NCBI RefSeq assembly: GCF_001194135.2
Contig: NC_068994.1
Span: 40,393,511-40,446,961 of the forward strand
Direction of reading: 5' to 3'
Source of the DNA: Octopus bimaculoides
Lineage: Eukaryota
Length of the DNA: 53,451 nt
The notes under the pieces are model-generated. The model worked only from the letters and a program-made list of their open reading frames with translations. It had not been told where the DNA came from and did not search any database. Made by a program: the position numbers and the translations under genes. Of the stretch, positions 11,401 through 22,400 are shown one piece after another; the stretch's first letter is position 1; the number at the start of each line of letters is the position of its first letter.

Positions 11401-12867
11401 CTAGTAAGGTGAATTGGCAGATGTGTAAGACCATCACACTGTATTCCTTTGGTTTCTTGCATGACCTGTTTAGGTGATAGACTTGTTACATTGCTTGACT
11501 TAACACCACCACCTGACAACATGGCTGCCTTTAGCAAAGTGCACTCTGTGCCAAATACTTAGGTCAACTCACGGGTTTGTAGATACATTCCCCGCTCCCA
11601 ACAACCAGTCTCAGTTGCTCTGCAAATTGTCAAGGGTACCACCTTCACCTCTGACTCAAAGATAATAAAAAGTTAACTGAGCTGACTGACTAAGTTATTT
11701 TTTTTGCTGAAATGTTTTGCAACTTCATCGTTGCTGCACACATACACTGTCTGAACTGAACCAACGAGGGAATCTCTGTGCAGTTAGTTGAATGAAAATG
11801 AACAGCAACCAACTCTTCCTCAAATCACACCCTTTTGTCATTGACGTCTGCAGTCCTGATCTAGGTATTCTATACAAGGATAGACATAGTTTTGACTGAA
11901 AATCTATGAATCTGCTCAGTTCAGGTGACCAAGGGTTAAACGGGAGCAGCAATGATCTTAAAGGTATTAGAATACAGTTGAATGGTTTTCCTAAGCAGAG
12001 AGATTCAAAAGATAAACACTGGAGTGGTTTCATAGTATCTTCACTAGATCCTTTGGTGGATTGAAACACTACTCAATAAACCAAAGAAACACTCTTCAGT
12101 TATTCACTGCTGCTTGCCTCATTGTAACCGCTTACAGCAGTGAATAGTACCTCATTGTTGTAATAACTATTTACAGTTAAGTGGAGCAGGTATTGAGAAT
12201 TAAGTGTCTTTTTCATAGACAAGGCAGAGATGCAACAATAGAATATAAACAGCAGACACTTTGTCTGATATATCAGTATACTATTAACTTGCTTACAAAT
12301 CTCCTTTTATTGTACAACACATAAAACATAAAATCTATGCTACTAGCTTCAGTATATTGGTTATGAAATAGCTGCAAACTGGATATGATATAAAAGAATG
12401 AGAATAAAGTAAAAGAGAATTTACCTTGATGAATGAAAATTTTTCAGAATATATGATGAGCAAATGATATTTTCTGACTATACTTGTATAAGTTAGTAAT
12501 TCATGCAAGAGTATGAAGAGATTGAGATATTAACTTTGAATCATAGTAAAACTTACTGTCATATGTATAGTTACGCAGATTGTTTCACAAGTAATATAAG
12601 CGTGAGTGTTTGAATTTAACGGTATATATAATACAATAAAGAGTCTTAACCGTGTCTAATATATATGTATATAGAATATATGGACAGCCAAATGATTACA
12701 ATTTTCAACCAGCTGGACATCATTCAGTTCCAGTGCAGTTAGAGCTCTGTATGCATTCTTAAATATACTGTTGGAATATATTCATATATAAATGTTTATA
12801 TAAATTCAGCTGTACTCTCAATGGTGTTAATTCATATGTCCTTTGGCATGCAATATAATTTTTATTA

Positions 12868-13400
<533 letters not shown>

Positions 13401-13739
13401 TGTGTGTGTTTATATGCAAATATCTATATATATATATAAAAATCTACTTGGAGTTTATATTCCAAAATATTTTTATTTTCAGTTGAAATTATTGAAAATC
13501 TATATTGCAATATCTGAGCAAACAGATTGTTACAAGACAAAAGAAAACTGAAGTAAAATGAAGTCAAGTACTAATAGACAGATGTGCAATGATGCAAATA
13601 TGTGACAAAATAAGCTGCAAACATAGTGCCAATTATCAGAAATTGATTACTGGCCCAAATTATTTTATGAAGAGTAGGTAACAGCAATTACATATGAAGT
13701 ATCTTATTGATTTATCTATTTATAAGTATTATTATTATT

Positions 13740-14182
13740 GAGTGAGAAAGCAGTGCATGCCATCAAAGTGACACTGGGGTAAAATATACGAAGCCCAGTA
13801 TACCCATTATGACTACCTGTCTGATAAGGGTATACCAGGCACATGCATCATAACCATATGTGTGCGACATGGTGATCATGTATCAAGATAAACAGTGCAT
13901 GACCTCGCAGGTAGGGCCCAATTAGAATTTTCTTCAAGTCAAGTAGCCCACCTTGCACAATAGGTCCCTGAATAAGGTTTGTTTTAAAGATGATGAACAA
14001 AACACCCATGTTTCCAGAGGTGAAATATCCATACCCCAAGAATTCCTCTCAACATATGGCTATGATGCTTCCCCACTACCTCTGCTCATGATAAGAGATG
14101 CACATATCATCAGCCCCTAAGGAACATGCTCAACTGGTTATGGTCAAACAAATGACAAGCAAATCTGTGGTATTGAGCAGAA

Positions 14183-14183
<1 letters not shown>
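13740..14183 (-). mobile_element. Non-coding interspersed element embedded in (TAA)n; probable non-LTR retroelement terminal region
   Basis: Higher-GC block bounded exactly by ATT repeats on both sides, with stem-loops actggg/cccagt and tataccc/gggtata near the left end. No credible ORF. Strand inferred from the TAA tail. Confidence 0.55.
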
Positions 14184-14215
<32 letters not shown>

Positions 14216-14217
14216 GA

Positions 14218-14254
<37 letters not shown>

Positions 14255-14310
14255 TGCTACTAAGGCAGTGAGCTTGCAGAATCACTAGCTTGCTTGATAA
14301 AATTTTCAGT

Positions 14311-15064
14311 TGCATTTGGAAAAACAAAAATACTTGAGAACTGGGTGCCGCACGAATTGAATGACAACCAAAAATTTATGCAACAAGAACAACCTGTTTC
14401 TCGACTGGATTGTGATGTGCAATAAAAAGTGGATTCTTTACGTCAACTGGCGATGCGATGCTCAGTGGTTGGATGCCGACAAAGCTCCACAGCACTTCCT
14501 GAAGCCAAAGTTGCACCAAAAGGTCATGGTGACTGTTTGGTGGTCTGCAGCAGGTCTCATCCATCACAGCTTTTTGGATCCAGGCGAAACCATTACAGTG
14601 GAGAAGTACTGTTAGCAAATGGATGAAATGCATAAGAAACTCCAACAACAACAGCCAGCATTGATCAATAGAAAAGGACCGATTCTTCTCCATGACAACA
14701 CTTGGCCGCACGTCGCACAACTGACCCTGCAGAAGTTGAACGAATTAGGCTACGAAATTCTGCCTCATCTGCCATACTCACCAGACCTCTCACCTACTGA
14801 CTACCACTTTTTCAAGCATCTCGACAACTTCCTGCCTGAGAAATGCTTCAAAAACCAAGACGATGCCAAACACGCCTTCAATGACTTCATCGCCGCCAGA
14901 ACATAGGATTTTTATGCTACTGGTATAAATAAACTTGTTTCGCATTAGCAAAAGTGTGTTGATTGAGATGGTGTTTATTTCGATTAATAAAGTTTTGTTT
15001 GAGTCGGGATATGTGCATCTGAATTTAAAGGTTAAAAACCGCAAGAACTTCCTTGACAACCTAA
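14311..15064 (+). mobile_element. 5'-truncated mariner (D,D34D; cecropia/Hsmar1-like) element
   Basis: WVPHEL at 14342, HDN...YSPDLSPTD with 34 residues between the aspartates, right TIR aaaaaccgcaagaacttccttgacaacctaa followed by TA. Confidence 0.93.
14342..14987 (+). pseudogene. Mariner transposase pseudogene
   Basis: Deletion after WVPHELNDNQK, first catalytic D read as N (MCNKKW), in-frame stops at 14612-14614 and near the C-terminus; ends ..VYFD*. Confidence 0.9.
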
Positions 15065-15199
15065 TATTAATATTTTTTAATTCTTGCAGTTGACAACTTG
15101 TATGGGTTGCTTCTGTGTTACTATAAAAATCCCCAAAATGAGTCAAACTTGAATCCTCATTTCTACAAAGTGATTATATGTCCTCCACTTTTCCCATAC

Positions 15200-15421
15200 T
15201 TTACACTTTTATTTTTGTATTTCTTTTGAAATATATTGTTTTTGTTTCAATAAATTTTGAAAATAATAATGGACTTTGTAAGATAACTTTGTAAAATAAT
15301 GCAGTTGGTGCTTGGACCATAAATTAAAATGAAATTTTGATGGAAGGTTTCTAATTAAAACAGGAAATTTGTATCATAGTACCAAGGGTGGTCTTAGACA
15401 GGGGAATAGGAAAAGGGTTTA
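15200..15421 (+). mobile_element. Degenerate MITE-like repeat ending aaaagggttta (piggyBac-like end)
   Basis: Matches 1528-1746 in the opposite orientation. Confidence 0.5.
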
Positions 15422-15584
15422 TGGTGATATGAAGTCATAGATATTCTTAGTAGTAAGATTTTATTGCATCTGTTTTAAACACATTTCAACACTTCAGAAT
15501 ATAAGGGAAATAGAAAAACAAAAAAAGAAGAATCAATGTGTATCTTCAATATAAAATTATTTGTCAGTTTCAATTAATTGTGTT

Positions 15585-16331
15585 CATCGTCGTCATCGTC
15601 GTTGTTGTCATCATCATCGTTGTTGTCATTTAATGTCCACATTTCATTTGATCTAGCAAGGTTTCTACAGCTGGATGCCTTTCCTAATGCCAACCACTCT
15701 GGGTGCTTTTTACATGCCACCTGCACGGGGGTAAGTCAGATGGCACTTGCATCAATCACACTCGAATGGTGCTTTTTACATGCCATGGGCATGGGAGCCA
15801 GTCAGGTCGCACTGGCATCAACCATACTCGAATGGTGCTTTTTACGTGCCACTGGCACAGGTGCCAGTCAGGTGACACTGGCATCGGCCATGACCACAAT
15901 TTCACTTGACTCAGCAGGTCTTCTCAAGCACAACATATTGCCCGACAATTGAAGGGTACTTTTAAGTGGGCCGGTTATGCAACACTGGCATCGGCCACAG
16001 CTATGATCTTACTTGACTTGCCAGGTCTTCTCAATCACAGCATATTTCCAAAGTTCTCGGCCACTTGCCATTGCCTCTGTGAGGCCTAACTTTCAAAGGT
16101 TGTGCTTCACCACCTCATCCCAGGTCTTCCTGGGTCTACCTCTTCCACAGGTTCCTTCCACTATTAGGATGTGACACTTCTTCACACAGCTGTCCTCATC
16201 CATACGCAACACATTGTCATACCAGCACAGTCATCTCTCTTGATGCTTCTTACGTCTAACTTTTCTCTCTGTCGTAGATGCTCACTGACATTACACATCC
16301 AGCAGAGCATACTAGCTTCATTGCATTTCTG
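15585..16331 (-). mobile_element. RTE-clade LINE 3' fragment (ORF C-terminus, 3'UTR with ~60-bp tandem repeats, (GAT)n-like tail)
   Basis: Minus translation NEASMLCWMCNV..RLCWYDNVLRMDEDSCVKKCHILIVEGTCGRGRPRKTWDEVVKHNL*KLGLTEAMASGRELWKYAV matches the RTE motif RL.W.GHV.RM...G.R.RGRP.KTW. Confidence 0.88.
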
Positions 16332-16496
16332 ATGGCAAGAGTGACAAGGGAGCATCTATGTAAGTCAAGGTAGAATGTATATCACAAGGGACTTCGTTTC
16401 GAATGCATAAGTTTTTTTAGTTTTCTTGCTGATATTTATATTTTTTAGTAATGAACAAGGAAGCAATATATACACATATGCTCAAACAACTATATG

Positions 16497-16542
<46 letters not shown>

Positions 16543-16584
16543 TGTACACACATACATACACACAGAAACACTCATGCACAGACA

Positions 16585-16715
16585 CACCAGGCTTCCTTGT
16601 ACCAGTTCCAACTCTTAATGTATTGGTCAACTGAAGATATGGTAGAAACTCTTGCTTAAGGTATTACACAGTAGAAATCCAATCTACAACCATGTGGTTA
16701 TAAAATGAACTCTTT
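16585..16715 (-). mobile_element. Decayed SINE family B head
   Basis: tggtcaactgaagatatggtagaaactcttgcttaagg...aaccatgtgg resembles the reverse complement of the family B head. Confidence 0.5.
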
Positions 16716-17169
16716 ATCAACATGGGATGGTAATATGATCCAGCAGTTAATTATCAATATAGGAGGAAGAAAGATTGTATCTATGTTCTTTGAAGCAGAA
16801 TGTCTGGATGGATATGATTCAGAACTGCTTGCTCAAATATCTTACATTCAAATTCACAGCAGGCCTTTTATGGTGTATTTAGACAGAACACTTAAATGTC
16901 CATATCTCTGTCCACCTAGCTGTAGTGAGAAGGTTCCAGATCATTTGGGATTGTTACTGGCAATTGGCTGTCATTCTATCCACAAAGAAATGTATTTCAT
17001 CAGTGCATATCCTCATGAAATTGCTTATAAATGCTAGTTGAGGAAGCATTTATTATTGTATAATATTTTTAGATAGTCCTATAAAACAGGGATCAAGATT
17101 GATGACTGTTGTATACAGTTCTTGGCAAAAGACAATTCAACAAACATGGTGTTTATATATGCTAAGAAC

Positions 17170-17330
17170 CAGTGCCAGATTTAGGACAAATGAGGCCCTG
17201 TGCTAGTTAAGTTATGAGGTCCCTTACATAGAACGTTTGATATTTGAGGCCCCTCATTTGAACGTTTGACATTTGGTCAACAGGACCTTGTGCTTAACCA
17301 CACCTAAACACAATAGTAAATCCAGCACTG
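17170..17330. mobile_element. hAT-like MITE
   Basis: TIRs cagtgccagattta / taaatccagcactg (12 of 14 match); degenerate 8-bp TSD ctaagaac / tcaagaat. Confidence 0.6.
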
Positions 17331-18707
17331 TCAAGAATGAAGCAAAACAGATGAAACAGATTTTGCGAGAATTAACCAGTTCATATGGAGGAAAAAGCCA
17401 TTTTAGTGTTAGATATAGATATATAATCAGAGAGAAGATAAAGTTTGAAGAGTTGGCAGTGAAGGTTTATCACAGAAGAAAGAAATCTTAAATGATTTGA
17501 GATAAAGCTATAATGTCTATTCTAGAATGTCCAAATCTTCAGTCAAGATGATGGAGATTTTGAGCACCACAGACCTATGCACAACATATATTTGTCATCT
17601 TCCACATCATTGTTGTTGTCATTATCATCTTCACCATCATTATCTTCTGTACTGTGATGACAATGGTGATATAAAAAGGAATATTTGGAAGCAAAAAGAA
17701 GCTTGAAGAAGAATTATTGTGGAAATAGTATGGAAAAATGACAAAAGCAATTTATAACTGAAATCTCTTTAAAATAGGTTTCTTTCATTGGCAACAATGT
17801 AAACTAAACTTAAGAATTACTCTTTGATATCTATATATCTTTAGCCATTGGCAACTATATAAAAACCATTCTCCTTAAAATTGCAGAGCCTAATCCTAAA
17901 AAAAAAAGAATTAAAACTATATCACTATATTCGTAAAGTAAGTCCTTATGAAAGATTGAATGGAAGAAAGCAAATTTACTTGGGGCTAACAACTGAAAAA
18001 ATAAGTAAACTTAATTGTTATGCAAAGGCTTAAAACAGATGCTCGCTAGTGAACATTTTGTAATGCACAACAAGTGGCTTGTCAAAGATATGAAAATAAA
18101 GACGTAGAAAAATACTGCTTGAATCTAAAATATTGAAACTTATTGTCAATAGTTAATGAAATCAAACTTAAATCATTTCCAGACTATATCCATGTGTTTC
18201 CCTTGAGCTGAAAAGTCAGTATTAGTTATATGTTGTAACATAGTTCCAGAAATCTCTAAAAACATAAATTTCAAAAATCACACAAGAAAAATTTGTTAAT
18301 TAATGTAGTATTTATAGTCCAGATGTCAACTTATAGAAAAAGATTTCTACTTGGACTTCTACTACACATTTGTGTCACCAACGTGCAACTAAAAATGTAT
18401 TATCATTATTGTTTTAACATTTTCTTTCTCATACTTGCATAGGTTGGATGCAGTTTGTTGAGGCAAATTTTCTATGATTGGATACCTGTCCTGTTGTCTG
18501 TTGTTTCCAAACAAGGGTAATATTTCTCCATGGATAAACATATTTGCACAGAATATTCAAAATGAAAGGCACTACTTCTATGAAAGTGACATTGATTTAC
18601 GACTATCACATGATGCTAAGACAAGGAGACACAAACATACACACATATATACATACATAAAGACAGACACACACACACACAACACATACACACATACACA
18701 CACACAT

Positions 18708-18871
18708 GATGGGCTTTTTTCTGCTTCTATTCTACCAAGTCCACTCACAAAGCTTTGGTTAGGTCAGAGCTATAGTAGAAGACACTTGCCCAAGGACCCA
18801 TGCAGTGGAACTGAACACTAAACCATGTACTTAGAAAGCAATTCTCTTAACCTCACAGCCATGCCTGCATC
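18708..18871 (-). mobile_element. SINE family B 5' half
   Basis: ccactcacaaagctttggttaggtcagagctatagtagaagacacttgcccaagg...cacagccatgcctgc. Confidence 0.8.
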
Positions 18872-19489
18872 TTTAAGCATGTACATGAAAAACGTAAATG
18901 AGTAGCATTTGATGGACAAACAAAATCAGCATCACACAACTTAGCTGATAGTGTGATGATAAATAATTGAAGTATGTTGGTGTGTGTTCAGACATATCCA
19001 CGCATTGGGGTGCAGATTCCTATTAACAATCATTTGTCTAAATAAATGGATAAAAGTCAATAATTTTTTAATTCAAAATTCCATAATCCAAAAATATAAA
19101 ACTCAAAAATTTTTTTTAGGAGAGTGGTGCCACAAATGGAAAATTCCTGAAAGGGCTGAGAAAAATTTCAAAATAAAGGTTATGCTGTTAGGCAAGCTTG
19201 GAATAAATGTATAAAAAGTGAAGCAAATTTGTTGCTGGTTTATGTGGTTGGCAAGCTAAACTGAAAATGTGACTGACAGATTTATTTTGATGAAAAGCAA
19301 AATATTCCTAAAATGTAATTATTACTTGTGTGAAACTTGACTAGTATCTATAATTTATATACTAGTACCTTTACAGCATAAGTTATATTATGAAATGTGA
19401 ATGGATAATGTGCTTAAACTTGAGTCCTATGTACAAACTGTCCTCTTTTATCCATCCCTCCATCTCTCCATTCATTTTTTTTGCCCATT

Positions 19490-19700
19490 ATTCTTTGGAG
19501 AGTTGAGATAGAGATCTCAGACACCTCCTCATATGGCTGTATCTGAAGTAACCTTCATTATACTTTCCAGCTGGCTTTTGAAGCATGACCAGCTGAGACT
19601 ATGGATATTAGCCAACCATCTTGCTTGTGGTCTTCTACTAGGTTTCCTGCCAGTTGACTCAACTTGAAGAATCCAGCTTGTAATTCTTTCCTATTTTACT
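19490..19700 (-). mobile_element. Decayed LINE (RTE-like) ORF C-terminus
   Basis: WILQVESTGRKPSRRPQARWLANIHSLSWSCFKSQLESIMKVTSDTAI*GGV resembles G.RP.GRP..RW.D.I..L.W...A.DR..W. Confidence 0.5.
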
Positions 19701-19835
19701 CTAATCCCGTGTTTATAGTACCAGAGCTGTGACCTCCTCAATGTAGAGAAGTAGTAGCTCAACCTGGGGAGACTCCCTGATCTCACGGGTTATATTTTAT
19801 AACTGTAAATATACAAGCATTCTAAAACATTAATA

Positions 19836-20332
19836 GGGGCAGGCATGGCTGTGGGGTAAGAAGCTTGTTTCCCAATCACATGATTTGGGGTTCAGTCCTA
19901 CTGCATGACACCTTGGGAAAGTGTCTTCTACTACAGCCTTGGGTTGACCAAAGCTTTGTAGATTTGGTAGATGGAAACTGAAAGAAGCCAATTGTGTATA
20001 TATATATATATATATATATAAGCAATGTTAATTCTCTAAATGAAGTATTAACAGTAACTGCACGATAAAGTGTAGTATATTGCCACTTAAGTGTGGCTGA
20101 ACCCTAGGGGTGGATGACCAAGGTCATCAGCTGTCGAACGCCGACGAAGGGAAATAACCCTGAAATCCGGATACGTTCGTGCTGCTGGTCGCGGTGAGAG
20201 GGATAACTCCCTTGGCAAACAGGACACAGTCGTGTGTCGATAAGCCAGCTGGAGGAGATGTCCTCCTGGGGCTAAAAGCAACAGTAACNNNNNNNNNNNN
20301 NNNNNNNNNNNNNNNNTGTGTGTGTGTGTGTT

Positions 20333-20365
<33 letters not shown>

Positions 20366-20585
20366 GTGAGTTTGTCCTCCACCACTACTCAACAATCAGT
20401 GCTTGTGAGTTTATGTCCCCTTGACTTAGTGGTTCTGCAAAAGAAACTGATAGAATAATTACTAGACTTAAAAAATAAGTCCTGGGGTCGATTTGTTTAA
20501 CTAACAAACCTTCGCGGCAGAGCTCCAGCATGGCTGCAGTCAAACGACTGAAACAAGTAAAAGATAATAAAAAAAGATAAAAGAT
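19836..20585 (+). mobile_element. SINE family B split by an insertion in its internal microsatellite
   Basis: Head 19836-19995, (TA)n to 20020, foreign segment 20021-20288, 28-N gap, then (TG)n and the normal 3' half at 20317-20585. Confidence 0.85.
20126..20189 (+). ncRNA. Type I hammerhead ribozyme (variant core CCGACGA, AUA cleavage triplet)
   Basis: Stem I CGAACG 20135-40 / CGTTCG 20174-79; core CCGACGA 20141-47; stem II AGGG-AAATAA-CCCT 20148-61; GAAA 20162-65; palindromic stem III ATCCGGAT 20165-72; H17 = A20173; stem I extension ATCAGC 20126-31 / GCTGGT 20184-89. Confidence 0.8.
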
Positions 20586-22142
20586 TTTCAGGACTTAAGC
20601 ATTTTGAATAAAGGATTATTATTTGTCTCACAAGGCTGGATTATTTCAAAGCAATAAGTTTCCTCATTCGGTGTAGACCTGGGGATTACAACAACAGAAG
20701 TGGAGAAATTTCTTGGCAGTGCCATGTAAATGTCTTCCAGTAACAGTATATAATGACCTCACTGGTTTTAGGAGGTCATCTTATTCAGAATGACATGGAC
20801 ACTTTCTGACAAGAGATATCTAAGAACTTCTAAGAGACATTATCAAGACATGTGAATGAAAAAGTCTAGTTTCAATGATAGAACAATGTTAACAAAAAAA
20901 AAAAGAAAGAAAGAAAAATACATCACAAACTTGTTTGTAAAAAAATGTGAATTTTCAGAAGAAAATTTAGAACTAAATGTTTTTAAACATATATTTAATT
21001 AAACACAGTCTGGTTAAATTATTGTTGACAAAAATATCTGAACAGAGCTTTAGTGTAACATTGTATATAATTCTTCATTTAATTGTCATTTTTAATTTAG
21101 TTGGAATATTTTGTCACGTAGAGATGATTTTCTATCTGAATTTGTATTGTTCATTTAAAAGTGAAAACAAATCTGTAATCTAGTTGGGAAAAATAATCTT
21201 TGCACAGAAATTTTTGGCTGTTCATATCCAACATGGTAATAAAAGACAAAAAAAAAGAGCAACAAACAACCCCCCCCCGCTCCACAAAAGAACAAAAAAA
21301 AGACCAAAACAAAAAAACAAAAGAAAGACAAAATAGAAAGAAAAAGTAGACAGCAGAAAAATATGAAATAACTGAACCTAAATGAACTTAGAATTTCCTT
21401 CTTCACGAAAATGATCGACTTTTTCCAAAATAAATGAATAAATAAATGAATAGATAAATATAAACAAATGAATGAAGACAACATCTAATAAATTAAAAGA
21501 TTAAAAATGCCAATATGGTTGATGAAGTTTTGATAGAAAGCTTATTTAAAACAGTAAATCTGTTTAAAATAATATATTGCCTAATGATCTGAATGCGGCT
21601 TGCTCGTCACTGGAATAAAAAAGGGATATATCATATTTTGCTCAGTTGACATGAAAGGATTAAAATTGTAGTTAGAACAGAATTTATTCAAGGACTAATC
21701 TTTGTATGATTTTATTACTGCATATTTGGAGAAGGAACGGTGTATTGGGTGAGATAGTGGAGGGGATTCAAATAATAAATTCTATTCAAATATCTTGTTA
21801 GATTAATATTCCAAAAAAATCTAAAGACCATTATCATAATGTGCTTTATATGTTTTATATACATATATATATATGTGTGTATTTATTTATTTATTCATTT
21901 ATTTATTTATTCATTTATTTATTTATCTATCTGTTTGTTTCCCTGCAAATTCCAATATAATTATCAAAGCTTTGTAAACTTTGTAGTTTACCTCCCAACA
22001 AGACAATGTATGGTAATTTAAGAGAATTGTGCATAAGAAAGCATCATAGCCCGAGATAAAGAATGTTCCAAGGATATGGAAAAAGTAATGAACATTATAG
22101 TAGGTAGCTTTGTTTGAAAGAGAAACCGGGAAGATGTAAGCC

Positions 22143-22400
22143 ACGAATTTAGGAGTGGTTAACTCTAAAGATATGGAATGAAAAGAACATATTCAAAGAA
22201 TATCCTCAAAGGAGCTATATCAGATGATGTATCATAGATTCAATGTTTACGACAACATGATTATTCTATTCAAATCCCTCGTAAGACCCAAATTAGAATA
22301 TTGTTGCCAGTGACAGTTCCCAAAGAAAAATGGAGAAATAACTGCACTAAAAGGAATCCAATGGTCATTTTAAAAATCAATAATGGAATATTGTCTGTCT
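22143..22400 (+). mobile_element. CR1/L2-type LINE, post-RT region fragment
   Basis: NLGVVNSKDME*KEHIQRISSKE...MIILFKSLVRPKLEYCCQ*QFP..EITALKGIQ matches DLGV......HI...L(F/Y)KSLVRP.LEY...W.P...I..LE.VQ. Confidence 0.75.

Noticed and set aside
11725-12069. 114-aa minus-strand ORF
   Set aside because: No recognisable motif, overlaps a dispersed copy of the ~160-bp repeat, and has no convincing splice signals.
14361-14906. Possible domesticated SETMAR-like host gene
   Set aside because: No SET domain; has stops, a deletion, a mutated first catalytic D and an intact TIR, so it is a dead transposon copy.
16705-17037. 110-aa plus-strand ORF
   Set aside because: Starts inside a decayed SINE head; no known motif or matching splice phases.
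18443-18520. Exon-like segment with AG and GT ends (VGCSLLRQIFYDWIPVLL...)
   Set aside because: Resembles a repeat related to the RTE 3' motif ggatgcccttcct, so the splice signals are probably coincidental.
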